DNA of 34,353 bases from an uncultured Calditrichaceae bacterium (lineage in GTDB: Bacteria > Calditrichota > Calditrichia > Calditrichales > Calditrichaceae). How positions within the stretch are numbered: position 1 is the stretch's first letter; every line of letters begins with the position of its first letter. A program made the translations under genes and the position numbers. This document shows, one piece after another, positions 15,665-25,029 of the stretch. The notes beneath the pieces were generated by a model, which saw only the letters and a program-made list of their open reading frames with translations, was not told the origin of the DNA and did no database searches. The stretch covers positions 1-34,353 of the forward strand of contig CAZJNP010000001.1 in NCBI GenBank assembly GCA_964547355.1, in the 5' to 3' direction.

Positions 15665-16981
15665 ATGACCCCTTACGAGATAATCAGTAAAAAACGCGAT
15701 GGCTTTGAATTAAGCGATGAAGAAATTGAATTCATGGTTCTGGGTTTTGCCCGCGGCGAAATTCCGGATTATCAAATGTCGGCTTTGCTGATGGCTGTTT
15801 TTTTGCGGGGCATGAGTCAGCATGAAACCATGGCCTTAACCAAAACCATGCTTAATTCCGGGCGGGTGGTGGACCTGAGCCATATTCCGGGCGTAAAGGT
15901 GGATAAGCACAGCACCGGCGGTGTGGGAGACAAAGTGTCCATTATTTTAGCGCCCATTGTCGTTGCGGCCGGCGTTCTGGTGCCCATGATTTCCGGACGC
16001 GGTCTGGGGCATACCGGCGGTACGCTGGATAAGCTGGAAAGCATTCCCGGCTTTCGGGTCAATTATTCTATCCAGGAATATGCCGAAAAAATCGCAAAAA
16101 TCGGCACCTGCCTGATCGGGCAAACGCCGGATATTGTGCCGGCCGACAAAAAAATGTATGCCCTGCGGGACGTCACCGCCACCATTCAATCCATTCCGCT
16201 GATTACTGGCAGCATAATGAGCAAGAAACTGGCTGAAGGGATCGACGCCCTGGTGCTGGATGTGAAGACCGGGAAAGGCGCTTTTATGCAAAAGTATGAG
16301 GATTCCGTGGCTCTTGCCAAACAGTTGATCGCCACGGGCGAGCGGTTCGGCAAGCCCACGGTGGCTTACATCACGGACATGAACGAACCGCTAGGCAGGG
16401 CCGTGGGCAACTGGAATGAGATCGAAGAATGCATTTACGCATTGCAGGGAGACGGCCCTGAAGATTTAATGGAAGTAACGCACACGTTGTGCGGTGCCAT
16501 GATTTATCTCGGCAAAAAGGCGGGTTCTATCGATGAGGGCAAGGAAATCTCCAGAGAGATGATCCGTTCCGGAAAAGCATGGGACAAATTCCTGGAGATT
16601 GTGTCCGAACAGGAAGGCGATGTTGAAATGGTGAAGAATCCGCAAAAATATCCCAAATCAAAATTCAGCGTTCAGGTTACGGCGGAACAGGACGGCTATA
16701 TTGCCGGGATCGACGCCCTGGAGGTGGGGCTGACCGCGGTTATTTTGGGAGCGGGCCGCACGAAGTCGGATGACGAAATCGATCCCAAGGCCGGCATCAT
16801 GGTGCACAAAAAAGGCGGGGATCGAGTAGCAAAAGGCGAAACGCTTATGACCGTTTACACGGACAAGGAAAATGTTCTGACGGAAGCGCAAAAACGGTTG
16901 GGCCAGGCGGTTACTTATGCCAAACAATCAGTAGCACCGCGGCAGTTGATTTATGAGTACCTGGATAAGAACAGCTTGTAA
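15665..16981 (+). CDS. deoA: Thymidine / pyrimidine-nucleoside phosphorylase
   Basis: The 438-aa protein carries 'KHSTGGVGDKVSIILAPIVAAAGV' and 'SGRGLGHTGGTLDKLESIPGF', hallmarks of thymidine phosphorylase family 3. GAGAAGGAATGG provides the RBS. Confidence 0.9.
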   Translation: MTPYEIISKKRDGFELSDEEIEFMVLGFARGEIPDYQMSALLMAVFLRGMSQHETMALTKTMLNSGRVVDLSHIPGVKVDKHSTGGVGDKVSIILAPIVVAAGVLVPMISGRGLGHTGGTLDKLESIPGFRVNYSIQEYAEKIAKIGTCLIGQTPDIVPADKKMYALRDVTATIQSIPLITGSIMSKKLAEGIDALVLDVKTGKGAFMQKYEDSVALAKQLIATGERFGKPTVAYITDMNEPLGRAVGNWNEIEECIYALQGDGPEDLMEVTHTLCGAMIYLGKKAGSIDEGKEISREMIRSGKAWDKFLEIVSEQEGDVEMVKNPQKYPKSKFSVQVTAEQDGYIAGIDALEVGLTAVILGAGRTKSDDEIDPKAGIMVHKKGGDRVAKGETLMTVYTDKENVLTEAQKRLGQAVTYAKQSVAPRQLIYEYLDKNSL

Positions 16982-16990
16982 AAGGAGCGT

Positions 16991-17788
16991 ATGGGGCGCC
17001 TGACCAAAAAGCAAAAGAAGAAAATCCACTACCTTTTGCGTTCTAAAACCGAGCTGGAGCAAAAACAAAAATTGCTGCACCAGGACGGCGTTCCAAAGTT
17101 CATCGAAAAACATCTGCCGTACATCCGCAAACTGGCCCGCAATCTGGATCAGTTGCTGATCGTCGGGTCCTTTGTTTCTCCTCCTCTGAAATTAGGCTTA
17201 ATCGACCGTTTTTTAATACTGGCGGAAATCGAAGGCATTGAGCCGATCATCTGCTTTAATAAAATCGATTTACTGGAAGACTCACGCGAAGGCGAGGAAG
17301 TGCGTGAAATCTACGCACGCATCGGTTACCGCACCCTGCTCACTTCGGTTAAAAGCGGCGTTGGAATCCCTGAACTAGCCGATGCGATCAAGGGGAAACG
17401 CTCGGCCCTGGCGGGGCATTCCGGTGTGGGCAAAAGCAGCCTGCTCAACGCCATCGATCCGAATCTGCAGATCATGGTGAACGATGTCAGCCACGTTACG
17501 AAAAAAGGAAAACATACCACGACACGTGTAAAGGTGTATCATTTCGATGATCAAACGGAAGTGATCGATTTGCCCGGCATCAAGCTGATCGACTTCATCG
17601 ACATCCATTATACCGAGGCGCGACTTTATTTTCGGGAATTTGCAGAGTATGCCCCGTACTGCCGATTTAATAATTGTCTGCACATCACGGAAAGTGACTG
17701 CGGCGTGAAAGAAGCGTTAGAAAAAGGCGAGATACATCCCAAGCGATATCAGTCGTACCTCACCTTCGTGGATAGTTTGCGTTTATAA
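16991..17788 (+). CDS. rsgA: Ribosome small-subunit biogenesis GTPase RsgA (YjeQ), a circularly permuted GTPase
   Basis: G4 'FNKIDL' precedes G1 'GHSGVGKSSLLNAI', which is the permuted order. The C-terminal zinc finger is 'CRFNNCLHITESDC'. Confidence 0.85.
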   Translation: MGRLTKKQKKKIHYLLRSKTELEQKQKLLHQDGVPKFIEKHLPYIRKLARNLDQLLIVGSFVSPPLKLGLIDRFLILAEIEGIEPIICFNKIDLLEDSREGEEVREIYARIGYRTLLTSVKSGVGIPELADAIKGKRSALAGHSGVGKSSLLNAIDPNLQIMVNDVSHVTKKGKHTTTRVKVYHFDDQTEVIDLPGIKLIDFIDIHYTEARLYFREFAEYAPYCRFNNCLHITESDCGVKEALEKGEIHPKRYQSYLTFVDSLRL

Positions 17789-17801
17789 ACGAAATGGAAT
17801 T

Positions 17802-17996
17802 TTATTGTTCGTTACCCATCAATCCTTTCAAAAGGTTATATTGTCTTTCGACCTTTCGGTGATGGTTGCCTTCTTCTTCTGCCAGATTGCGGAAAAGCGT
17901 GATCAGCTCCTCGTCTTTTACCGATTCCGCCGCTGCGGCATAGCGCTTCTGTGCATTGAATTCTCTTTTTAGGGCCACCTCCAGGATTTGGTCCAC
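17802..17996 (-). CDS. Rubrerythrin/ferritin-like half-domain (second E…ExxH half). Its GTG start is in frame, one codon after the TAG that ends the preceding half.
   Basis: 'ALKREFNAQKRY…LAEEEGNHHRKV'. It is in the same reading frame as 18000..18272, and together they would make a ~155-aa diiron four-helix-bundle protein. Confidence 0.45.
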   Translation of the reverse strand: MDQILEVALKREFNAQKRYAAAAESVKDEELITLFRNLAEEEGNHHRKVERQYNLLKGLMGNEQ

Positions 17997-17999
17997 GGT

Positions 18000-18272
18000 C
18001 TAATCTTTCTCAAAGTTCACCTCATTACTGCCGTGGGAAGTACGCGCCATTTCGAACAATTCCTCGTTGGGAATTTCCACGTCCAAATCGTACATACCGG
18101 TTTCGCGAATATTGTACAGCATATTCTCGTGCCGCACTTCTTCCAGGACCAATTGCTCCAGGAATTGCTTGGTTTCTTTGTCCTCCGCGATTTGCGCGCC
18201 CCGCCGGTACAGTTTCTGTGCGTCGATTTCGGCCTGAATGGCGATGTCCAAAAGTTCCTTGAGTGTATTCAT
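18000..18272 (-). CDS. Rubrerythrin/ferritin-like half-domain (first E…ExxH half), ending at an in-frame TAG
   Basis: 'AIQAEIDAQKLY…LVLEEVRHENML' is the rubrerythrin-family helix pair. Confidence 0.5.
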   Translation of the reverse strand: MNTLKELLDIAIQAEIDAQKLYRRGAQIAEDKETKQFLEQLVLEEVRHENMLYNIRETGMYDLDVEIPNEELFEMARTSHGSNEVNFEKD

Positions 18273-18321
18273 AGCATCCTCTTGTTTTGTTGTTTAAAAG
18301 CGACACTTTAATTTACGTAAA

Positions 18322-19431
18322 TTAGTGTTCAATAAAAACAAGTTTTGCAATTCCAATACTCAGGCCTAATTGTTGGTCACCCAGGTAGTGGGTAGCCTTA
18401 ACGGTCAGTTGAAATTGTTTGCCCAGTGGATAGCCTGCTTCCACACCCAGTAACAGGGGCTTGGATTTGCTTTTCCAACCACCCACCCAAAGCCAGGCAT
18501 CGGGATATTGAATATAATATTTCGCTCCCCAGGAATATGGTATTAAAAAATCATGCCACATGGCCGCTGTCAGGTAGAATTCTTTCATCAGGCCCAGGCG
18601 CAGATTAGCAAAAGGCAGCACCCACAATTCGGGTGCTCCACTGCAATAAAGGTCACCTAAGCGAAAATAGGTTAAACCGACGTTAATTCCCACATAGTGC
18701 CATACAAATTGACCGCCGGCCTGCAGAAAATAGGGAACGGAGATATGGTGATAAGCGGGCAGCGGTCCGAGCTCGTCTACCGACCAGTCGCATTCGCAAC
18801 AGCCGGTACCGGATTCCACATGGCGGGCAATACCGCCGCTGAACAATAGTCCGTGCTCTTCTTTTTGCGGTCGAAGCGAAAACCAGAGACCCTGGAAAAT
18901 ATCGCGGTCATCACCGGATTCGCTGTAAAAAAAGGTTCCGGAAAAGCTAACCCGATACGGAGTCTTCTTTTTCCGGAAAGGCTGATCCGCCCAGATACCG
19001 CGTTTGAATTTTTGCGCTTCGCTTTGCGCAGCTTCGGCTGCCGTTTTGTATTTTGTACCGGCATTGTCCACAAAGCGGCCGTAACCGCTTTTTAAAAACT
19101 CAATGTTCAGATTTCTTTTTTCCAGCGGATATTTCACCAGAAAATACACCAGCGGATAACCAGACTCGCTCCTGAAACCCGTGAATACTACTTCCACATT
19201 GCCGTTTCTTTCCAATCGCAAACGAATATATTTACGGATCGCCTTAGCCTGGGCCTGTTTGGCCGAGTCCGGATCTGACAACGATGGCGCGGCAATATTA
19301 CCCATCTGAACCTTTTGCCCATCGGAAAGAAGGAACAGGTTGGCGTCCAGCACTTCTTTAACCCACACATCGCCGCTCACGGCAAAACGAAACAATAATG
19401 CAATGATAAAGATGGTGCGCATCATAATCAT
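18322..19431 (-). CDS. Secreted protein: signal peptide, then a staphylococcal-nuclease-like (SNase/OB-fold) domain lacking catalytic residues, then a C-terminal beta-rich (possibly outer-membrane) domain
   Basis: It has an N-terminal signal peptide (MIMMRTIFIIALLFRFAVSG). 'VKEVLDANLFLLSDGQKVQMGNIAAPS' aligns to the SNase 'V.RV.DGDT..V..G..V.VRL.GIDAPE' motif, but DGD is replaced by DAN and the APE glutamate by Ser. The C-terminal region has alternating aromatic/hydrophobic residues. Confidence 0.55.
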   Translation of the reverse strand: MIMMRTIFIIALLFRFAVSGDVWVKEVLDANLFLLSDGQKVQMGNIAAPSLSDPDSAKQAQAKAIRKYIRLRLERNGNVEVVFTGFRSESGYPLVYFLVKYPLEKRNLNIEFLKSGYGRFVDNAGTKYKTAAEAAQSEAQKFKRGIWADQPFRKKKTPYRVSFSGTFFYSESGDDRDIFQGLWFSLRPQKEEHGLLFSGGIARHVESGTGCCECDWSVDELGPLPAYHHISVPYFLQAGGQFVWHYVGINVGLTYFRLGDLYCSGAPELWVLPFANLRLGLMKEFYLTAAMWHDFLIPYSWGAKYYIQYPDAWLWVGGWKSKSKPLLLGVEAGYPLGKQFQLTVKATHYLGDQQLGLSIGIAKLVFIEH

Positions 19432-19926
19432 GCCTCCTGGACGTTGAATATTTATGTTTGAATGATCCCTGGATCAGCGGAATTAATCGCTTTTTACCGC
19501 AGTAGTAAAGAAGAACTGAAAGAAAACCTCACTTAAAAAAAATATAATATTTCGTTTAAGAATTCAAGGGAAATAATACGCCCATAAAGATAACCCGGTT
19601 AACAACGGTGTTAAAAAGTTTTATACTTTTTATCTTTTCCGTCTTGTTTCATTTAAGTTTTAGTGGCTGGCATAAAATTGGCAGTAAAAGAAAAAACGTA
19701 ATGGGTTGCTTTCCATTACATAGAATCTTTAAAATATTGAACATTCTGAACTTTCATTTTGAATTGTTGTTAAAACATTTATAGTTGAAACATCGAGGTA
19801 AAAATGGCGAACAAACTTAGATTTTCTTTTATGGTTTTGACTATACTGTTCTTTTCCCCGTCATGTAGTTTAACTAACGCAAAAAATGATATTCTCTTGT
19901 CCTGAAGATTTCTGAAGGAGCTCGTC

Positions 19927-21939
19927 ATGAAAGCAATTTTTTTCAGTTTGTTGATGTTTTCTCTTCTCCGGTTCGCATCCGCCCAGACCGGCGCCATTTC
20001 CGGGGAAGTACTGGACAGTAAAACCCTGCTGCCCCTGCCGCAGGCGCATATTAAAATAATTGAACTGAGGATGACCACAACCAGCGACGATTCGGGTTCA
20101 TTCTCCCTGGAAAATGTACCCGTGGGAAGTTATCAACTAGTCGTTACGCACAAAGGCTATGGCCATAAAATTATCAAAGAAGTGGAAGTTAGGGACGGTC
20201 ATGTGACGCGCCTGACCATCTATATGGAAAAGAAACCGCACGGTCATCTGGACAAATTCATGGAGCATGATAAAAGCGTTGAATTTCACAGTGCCCGGAG
20301 AACTAAAAAGAAAAACAACAAAACGGAAAGTCCGTCTATGGCCCCGCCTCCGAAAGGTGATGACAAAATGAGAGACCTGATTACCTTCGAAAAAGCTTCG
20401 GCTCCGGTGGCTTCCGAATCCGGGCTTAAGGCGGGATTTGCAGACGATAACAAGCAATTCAATTATTTTCTCAAATTTCTGAAAAAATACGAAGACCAGG
20501 CAGAACATTATCCGATTCCCATAGAAGAACGGATACGGTTTCAGGTGTTCGATGCGGATAACAAATCTGTAGCCAACGCCCTTGTTAAGGTGTATGAAGA
20601 CAAGCGTTTGCTGGAAAAAGGTAAAACGTACGCGGACGGTTCTTTTTTCATTTACCCCCGGGTCATTGGTGTTAAGGGCAAAAAAATTCGCGTGCAACTT
20701 ACTTACGATGGTGTGGAAAAAGTACTTGATCTGGAACGCCACGGGAAACGGCACATTGTATTGCGACTGGACCGTTCCCGCAAAACCTTCCAGCAGATAC
20801 CACTAGACTTGCTCTTCATACTAGACACCACCGGCAGCATGGGCGAAGAGATCGCGCGGTTAAAAAACACCATTGAGATTATTAACGCCAATTTAGCTGT
20901 TCTAACACCCAAACCAGATATCCGATACGGCATGGTGCTTTACCGTGATAAGGACGACGATTACCGCACCAGAACCATTCCGTTTACTTCAGATCTGGAG
21001 CAATTTCGCCAAGCCTTGCAGCCGGTGGAAGCGCAGGGAGGCGGCGACACGCCGGAAGATTTGCAGGCCGCCCTGGAAACGGCCGTTAAAACAATGGATT
21101 GGAACCCGGACGGCATTCGGCTGGGCTTCATCATTACAGACGCCGCGCCACATCTGGATTACGGTCAATCCTACACCTATATTAATGCCGTCAAAGACGC
21201 CAAACAAAAGGCCATTAAATTTTTTACGGTCGGAACGGGCGGTTTGGACATCGCCGGGGAATATGTGTTGCGGCAAATCGCCCAGTTTACCTACGGCAAA
21301 TATATTTTCCTGACCTACGGGGAACGCGGCGAAAGCCATGGTGGTCATCCGGGCAGCGTCAGCCATCACACCGGTTCCAACTTTCAAACGGATAAACTGG
21401 AATCCATTATCATCCGATTTGCCAAGCAGGAACTCTCCTACCAGAGCGATACGCCGCTGGAAGAAGGTGAATCCTATTTCCAGGCGGTAAAAATCGACCG
21501 GGAAAAGAAAGAAGAAACGTTACGCAAGTTATTTGCGGATGCACTCGGCGAGTTGAAAGATTATTCCTCCCTGGCCATTCCCAAAGGCACGCTTTTAAGC
21601 GTGATGCCGATTGCCGTCAAAACAAAAAGCCTGGCTAATAACAGCGAATATTTTACCGAACATTTAATTTTTGCCGCCAGCAAGGACGCCACTTTTAAAC
21701 TGGTGGAGCGCAAGGACATGCAATACATTGCCCGAGAGCTGGGACTGGAACTGGGAGGATTTGTGGATCCGGATCAGGCCGCTAAAGTGGGTGCATTCCT
21801 GGGCGCGGATATGTTGATTATTGGTAATCTGTTTTTCAAAGACAACCAATACGAAATATTTCTTAAACTGGAACGGGTCTCAACTGCGGAAATTCTATCC
21901 ATAACTAAAGTCAAAATCGATCCGCGGTTGGGACTGTAG
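19927..21939 (+). CDS. Secreted multidomain protein: signal peptide, carboxypeptidase-regulatory-like (CarbopepD_reg) domain, von Willebrand factor A domain, and a C-terminal domain of unknown function
   Basis: The signal peptide is MKAIFFSLLMFSLLRFASA. The CarbopepD_reg-like stretch is 'ISGEVLD…HIKII…TTTSDDSGSFSLENVPVGSYQLVV'. The vWA MIDAS is 'LFILDTTGSMGEE…GGGDTPEDL…FIITDAAPH'. Confidence 0.7.
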   Translation: MKAIFFSLLMFSLLRFASAQTGAISGEVLDSKTLLPLPQAHIKIIELRMTTTSDDSGSFSLENVPVGSYQLVVTHKGYGHKIIKEVEVRDGHVTRLTIYMEKKPHGHLDKFMEHDKSVEFHSARRTKKKNNKTESPSMAPPPKGDDKMRDLITFEKASAPVASESGLKAGFADDNKQFNYFLKFLKKYEDQAEHYPIPIEERIRFQVFDADNKSVANALVKVYEDKRLLEKGKTYADGSFFIYPRVIGVKGKKIRVQLTYDGVEKVLDLERHGKRHIVLRLDRSRKTFQQIPLDLLFILDTTGSMGEEIARLKNTIEIINANLAVLTPKPDIRYGMVLYRDKDDDYRTRTIPFTSDLEQFRQALQPVEAQGGGDTPEDLQAALETAVKTMDWNPDGIRLGFIITDAAPHLDYGQSYTYINAVKDAKQKAIKFFTVGTGGLDIAGEYVLRQIAQFTYGKYIFLTYGERGESHGGHPGSVSHHTGSNFQTDKLESIIIRFAKQELSYQSDTPLEEGESYFQAVKIDREKKEETLRKLFADALGELKDYSSLAIPKGTLLSVMPIAVKTKSLANNSEYFTEHLIFAASKDATFKLVERKDMQYIARELGLELGGFVDPDQAAKVGAFLGADMLIIGNLFFKDNQYEIFLKLERVSTAEILSITKVKIDPRLGL

Positions 21940-21953
21940 GCGGGTAACAAACT

Positions 21954-21990
21954 AAAAAAGCCCGCAGTCACGTGACCAGCGGGCTTAGGA
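21954..21990 (-). terminator. Bidirectional intrinsic terminator (GC-rich hairpin GCCCGC…GCGGGC flanked by an A-run and a T-run) between the convergent vWA and thioredoxin genes
   Basis: The sequence is 'AAAAAAGCCCGCAGTCACGTGACCAGCGGGCTT'. On the minus strand the hairpin is followed by TTTTTTAGTTTGTT. Confidence 0.6.
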
Positions 21991-22011
21991 ATATTAAGAG
22001 CAGATTTACTT

Positions 22012-22380
22012 TTAAGCGGCTTTTAGTTCGATACCTAAAACTTCCTTCATGGCCTGCTCGATGGTGTTTTTAGGCAGAGCGCCAACAGCCATTTGCGGCC
22101 GATCGTTCATCGGTACGAACAGCATGGAAGGAATACTACGGATGCCAAAAATGGCGGCCAATTCCTGTTCCACTTCCGTATCCACTTTATAGACATAAAG
22201 CTGGTCGGCGTATTCTTCAGACAGTTCTTCCAAAATAGGAGCCACCATTTTACAGGGCTGGCACCAGTCGGCGTAAAAATCGATGATGCAAGGTTTATCG
22301 CCTTCGTATTTCCATTCCTGATTTTGTTCGTAGTTAAAAACCTTTTTCAGAAAATCTTCTTTGGTTAAATGCGTCGTCAC
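22012..22380 (-). CDS. trxA: Thioredoxin (active site W-C-Q-P-C)
   Basis: The 122-aa protein has 'IIDFYADWCQPCKMVAPILEEL' and 'YKVDTE…IRSIPSMLFV', the thioredoxin fold signature. Confidence 0.85.
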   Translation of the reverse strand: MTTHLTKEDFLKKVFNYEQNQEWKYEGDKPCIIDFYADWCQPCKMVAPILEELSEEYADQLYVYKVDTEVEQELAAIFGIRSIPSMLFVPMNDRPQMAVGALPKNTIEQAMKEVLGIELKAA

Positions 22381-22659
22381 TTAAAAAACCTCCAATGGTT
22401 GATTTTATTCTTTGTTTCGTTTAATAATTGTTAATTTTGATGTTTTAATTCAAAAAAGGTTACGTTAATTAAAAACTATTTTTTATTTGAAATATTCCTG
22501 ATTTATAAAAAATCAACTAAACGCCTTTCACTAATCCCAGCCCGGCCCCTAACAAATCAAAAAAATATTCGGCTCAGATTTATTAAAAGATCATTCCATC
22601 CCGGATTCCTCGCAACCTGACAGCGGCAATCTGATCCTCTTCCCTTGAACGTTGTCCTT

Positions 22660-25029
22660 TTACTCTATTTTTTTACACTTCTCAGGATCTTCATCCTCTT
22701 CTTTAAACACCAGATCAATCAGTTCATCTACTTCCTTAATGTAGTAAAAGCGCATGCCTTCGATGTTCTTTTTAGGAATCTCTGCCAGGTCTTTGCGGTT
22801 TTTCTCCGGCAGAACCACCATATTAATTCCTGCCCGTTTGGCGGCTAGTACCTTTTCCTTGATGCCCCCGACCGGAAGCACCATACCTCGTAGAGTGATC
22901 TCACCGGTCATAGCCAGATTGTCTTTAAGACAACGTCCGGTGTACAGAGAAAACAGTGCCGCAAAGATAGTAATACCAGCGCTGGGGCCGTCTTTTGGGA
23001 TGGCTCCGGCCGGCACATGCACGTGCGTGTCGTATTTTTCATGAAAATCTTCATCGATACCGAAGCGGTTGGCATTGGCACGTAAATAGCTGAGTGCGGC
23101 TGATGCCGATTCTTTCATAACCTCGCCTAATTTACCGGTAAGAATAAGATTACCCTTGCCTTTCATGCGCGTCGCTTCGATAAAAAGAATGTCGCCGCCC
23201 ACGGGTGTCCAGGCTAAACCGGTAGCCACGCCGGGCTTGGAGACGCGTTCGGCCACCTCGGAATAAAAGCGCTCAGGTCCCAGATATTTTTCGACCAGTC
23301 TGGAGGTAATTCTGCGTTTGGTGATCTTCTTTTCCACGATTTCCTTGGCCACGCCGCGGACAATGGATGCGATCTCGCGTTCCAGATTACGCACGCCGGC
23401 TTCACGGGTGTATTTGTTTACAATCGTCTGAACCGCTTTACGGGTAAAGCTTAGCTGTTCCGGCTTTAGGCCGTGATTTTCCAATTGCTTGGGAATCAGA
23501 TAACGCTCGGCGATCTGAATTTTTTCTTCTTCCGTGTAACCATTTATTTCGATAATCTCCATGCGATCGCGCAAGGCCGGAGGAATGGTGTCGATTACAT
23601 TAGCCGTGGCGATGAACATCACCCTGGACAGATCAAACGGCACCTCCAGATAGTGATCGGTAAAACTGAAATTCTGTTCCGGGTCCAGCACCTCTAACAA
23701 CGCCGATGAAGGATCTCCGCGAAAGTCCATGCCCAGTTTATCGATTTCATCCAGCATGATCAGGGGATTATTCGAGCCGACCTTTTTGATCTCCTGAATA
23801 ATGCGGCCTGGTAGCGCACCCACATAAGTGCGGCGGTGTCCGCGGATTTCCGCTTCGTCCCGGACTCCGCCCAGAGACATTCGCGAGAACTTCCGGTTCA
23901 GCGCCCTGGCGATCGATCTGCCCAGACTGGTTTTCCCCACACCCGGAGGGCCGACGAAGCACAAAATGGGGCCTTTCATATTCGATTTTAGCTGCCGTAC
24001 AGCCAGATATTCCAGAATACGTTTTTTTACTTTTTCCAATCCGTAATGGTCGGTATTTAGGATTTCTTCCGCGCGCTTCACATCCAGCCGGTCGCGGGTG
24101 CTTTTAAGCCACGGCATTTCCAGCAACCAGTCCAAATAGGTGCGGGCCACAGTGTATTCGCTGGCCATGGGTGACATCTTGGCCAGACGGTTCAATTCCT
24201 TTTCCGCTACCTCCCGTACCTCCTTGGGCATTTTGGCCTTGGCCAGCTTTTCACGCAGCTCTTCTATTTCTGTGCCTTCATCTTCGTATTCGCCCAGTTC
24301 CTTTTTGATCGCCTTCAACTGTTCGCGTAAATAGTACTGGCGCTGCGATTTGCTCAATTCGCCCTGAACTTCGCTCTGAATCTTAGAGCCCAGTTCCAAA
24401 ATTTGTAATTCCTTATTCAGCAGATAATTGATCTTGCGCAGACGTTCCTTAACGCTGGTGATTTCCAGAATCTGTTGCTTTTCTTCCACACTGAAATTTA
24501 CCTGCGCGGCTACCATATCCGCCAGACGGTCGGGTTCTTCCGTGTTCAGAATCATCACCCGGTGCTCGTTAGTCAGATAAGGGGCGTAATCCGCCACTTT
24601 CTGAAACACGTTTTTAATATTACTGACCAAGGCTTCCACTTCCATATCTTCTTCAAACTCATCCGGCATCTGTTCGATCAAACCTTCAAAAAAAGGCTCG
24701 GTTTGCTCCATATGCACCAGCCGGAAACGGTACAGCCCTTGCACGATCACCTGTTCGCTGCCATCCGGCATCTTGAATTTCTTCAGTATCATGGCGGCTG
24801 TGCCCCAGTCGAACAGATCATCCACTACCGGATCCTCCACCCGTCCGTCGCGCTGGGTAATCAGCCCGATGACCTTGGTCTCTTCTCCGATATGTTCCAG
24901 CAGTTTTAGCGACTTCTCCCTTCCCACCGCCAACGGCACCACCTGATGCGGAAAAATAACCGTATTGCGCAGTGGCATGATGGCCAGTTTTTCCTGTGTT
25001 TCCGAAACTACTTTTATTTCTCCGCTCAC
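22660..25029 (-). CDS. lon: ATP-dependent Lon protease (LonA)
   Basis: The 789-aa protein has an N-terminal LON domain ([23 protein letters not shown]), an AAA+ Walker A '[15 protein letters not shown]', and the protease Ser-Lys dyad region '[17 protein letters not shown]'. Confidence 0.95.
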   Translation of the reverse strand: MSGEIKVVSETQEKLAIMPLRNTVIFPHQVVPLAVGREKSLKLLEHIGEETKVIGLITQRDGRVEDPVVDDLFDWGTAAMILKKFKMPDGSEQVIVQGLYRFRLVHMEQTEPFFEGLIEQMPDEFEEDMEVEALVSNIKNVFQKVADYAPYLTNEHRVMILNTEEPDRLADMVAAQVNFSVEEKQQILEITSVKERLRKINYLLNKELQILELGSKIQSEVQGELSKSQRQYYLREQLKAIKKELGEYEDEGTEIEELREKLAKAKMPKEVREVAEKELNRLAKMSPMASEYTVARTYLDWLLEMPWLKSTRDRLDVKRAEEILNTDHYGLEKVKKRILEYLAVRQLKSNMKGPILCFVGPPGVGKTSLGRSIARALNRKFSRMSLGGVRDEAEIRGHRRTYVGALPGRIIQEIKKVGSNNPLIMLDEIDKLGMDFRGDPSSALLEVLDPEQNFSFTDHYLEVPFDLSRVMFIATANVIDTIPPALRDRMEIIEINGYTEEEKIQIAERYLIPKQLENHGLKPEQLSFTRKAVQTIVNKYTREAGVRNLEREIASIVRGVAKEIVEKKITKRRITSRLVEKYLGPERFYSEVAERVSKPGVATGLAWTPVGGDILFIEATRMKGKGNLILTGKLGEVMKESASAALSYLRANANRFGIDEDFHEKYDTHVHVPAGAIPKDGPSAGITIFAALFSLYTGRCLKDNLAMTGEITLRGMVLPVGGIKEKVLAAKRAGINMVVLPEKNRKDLAEIPKKNIEGMRFYYIKEVDELIDLVFKEEDEDPEKCKKIE

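Noticed and set aside
18322-19431. Active extracellular nuclease supplying nucleosides to the BMC pathway
   Set aside because: The SNase-like motif has lost the Ca2+-binding Asp and the catalytic Glu equivalents. I kept it only as a non-catalytic SNase-like domain.
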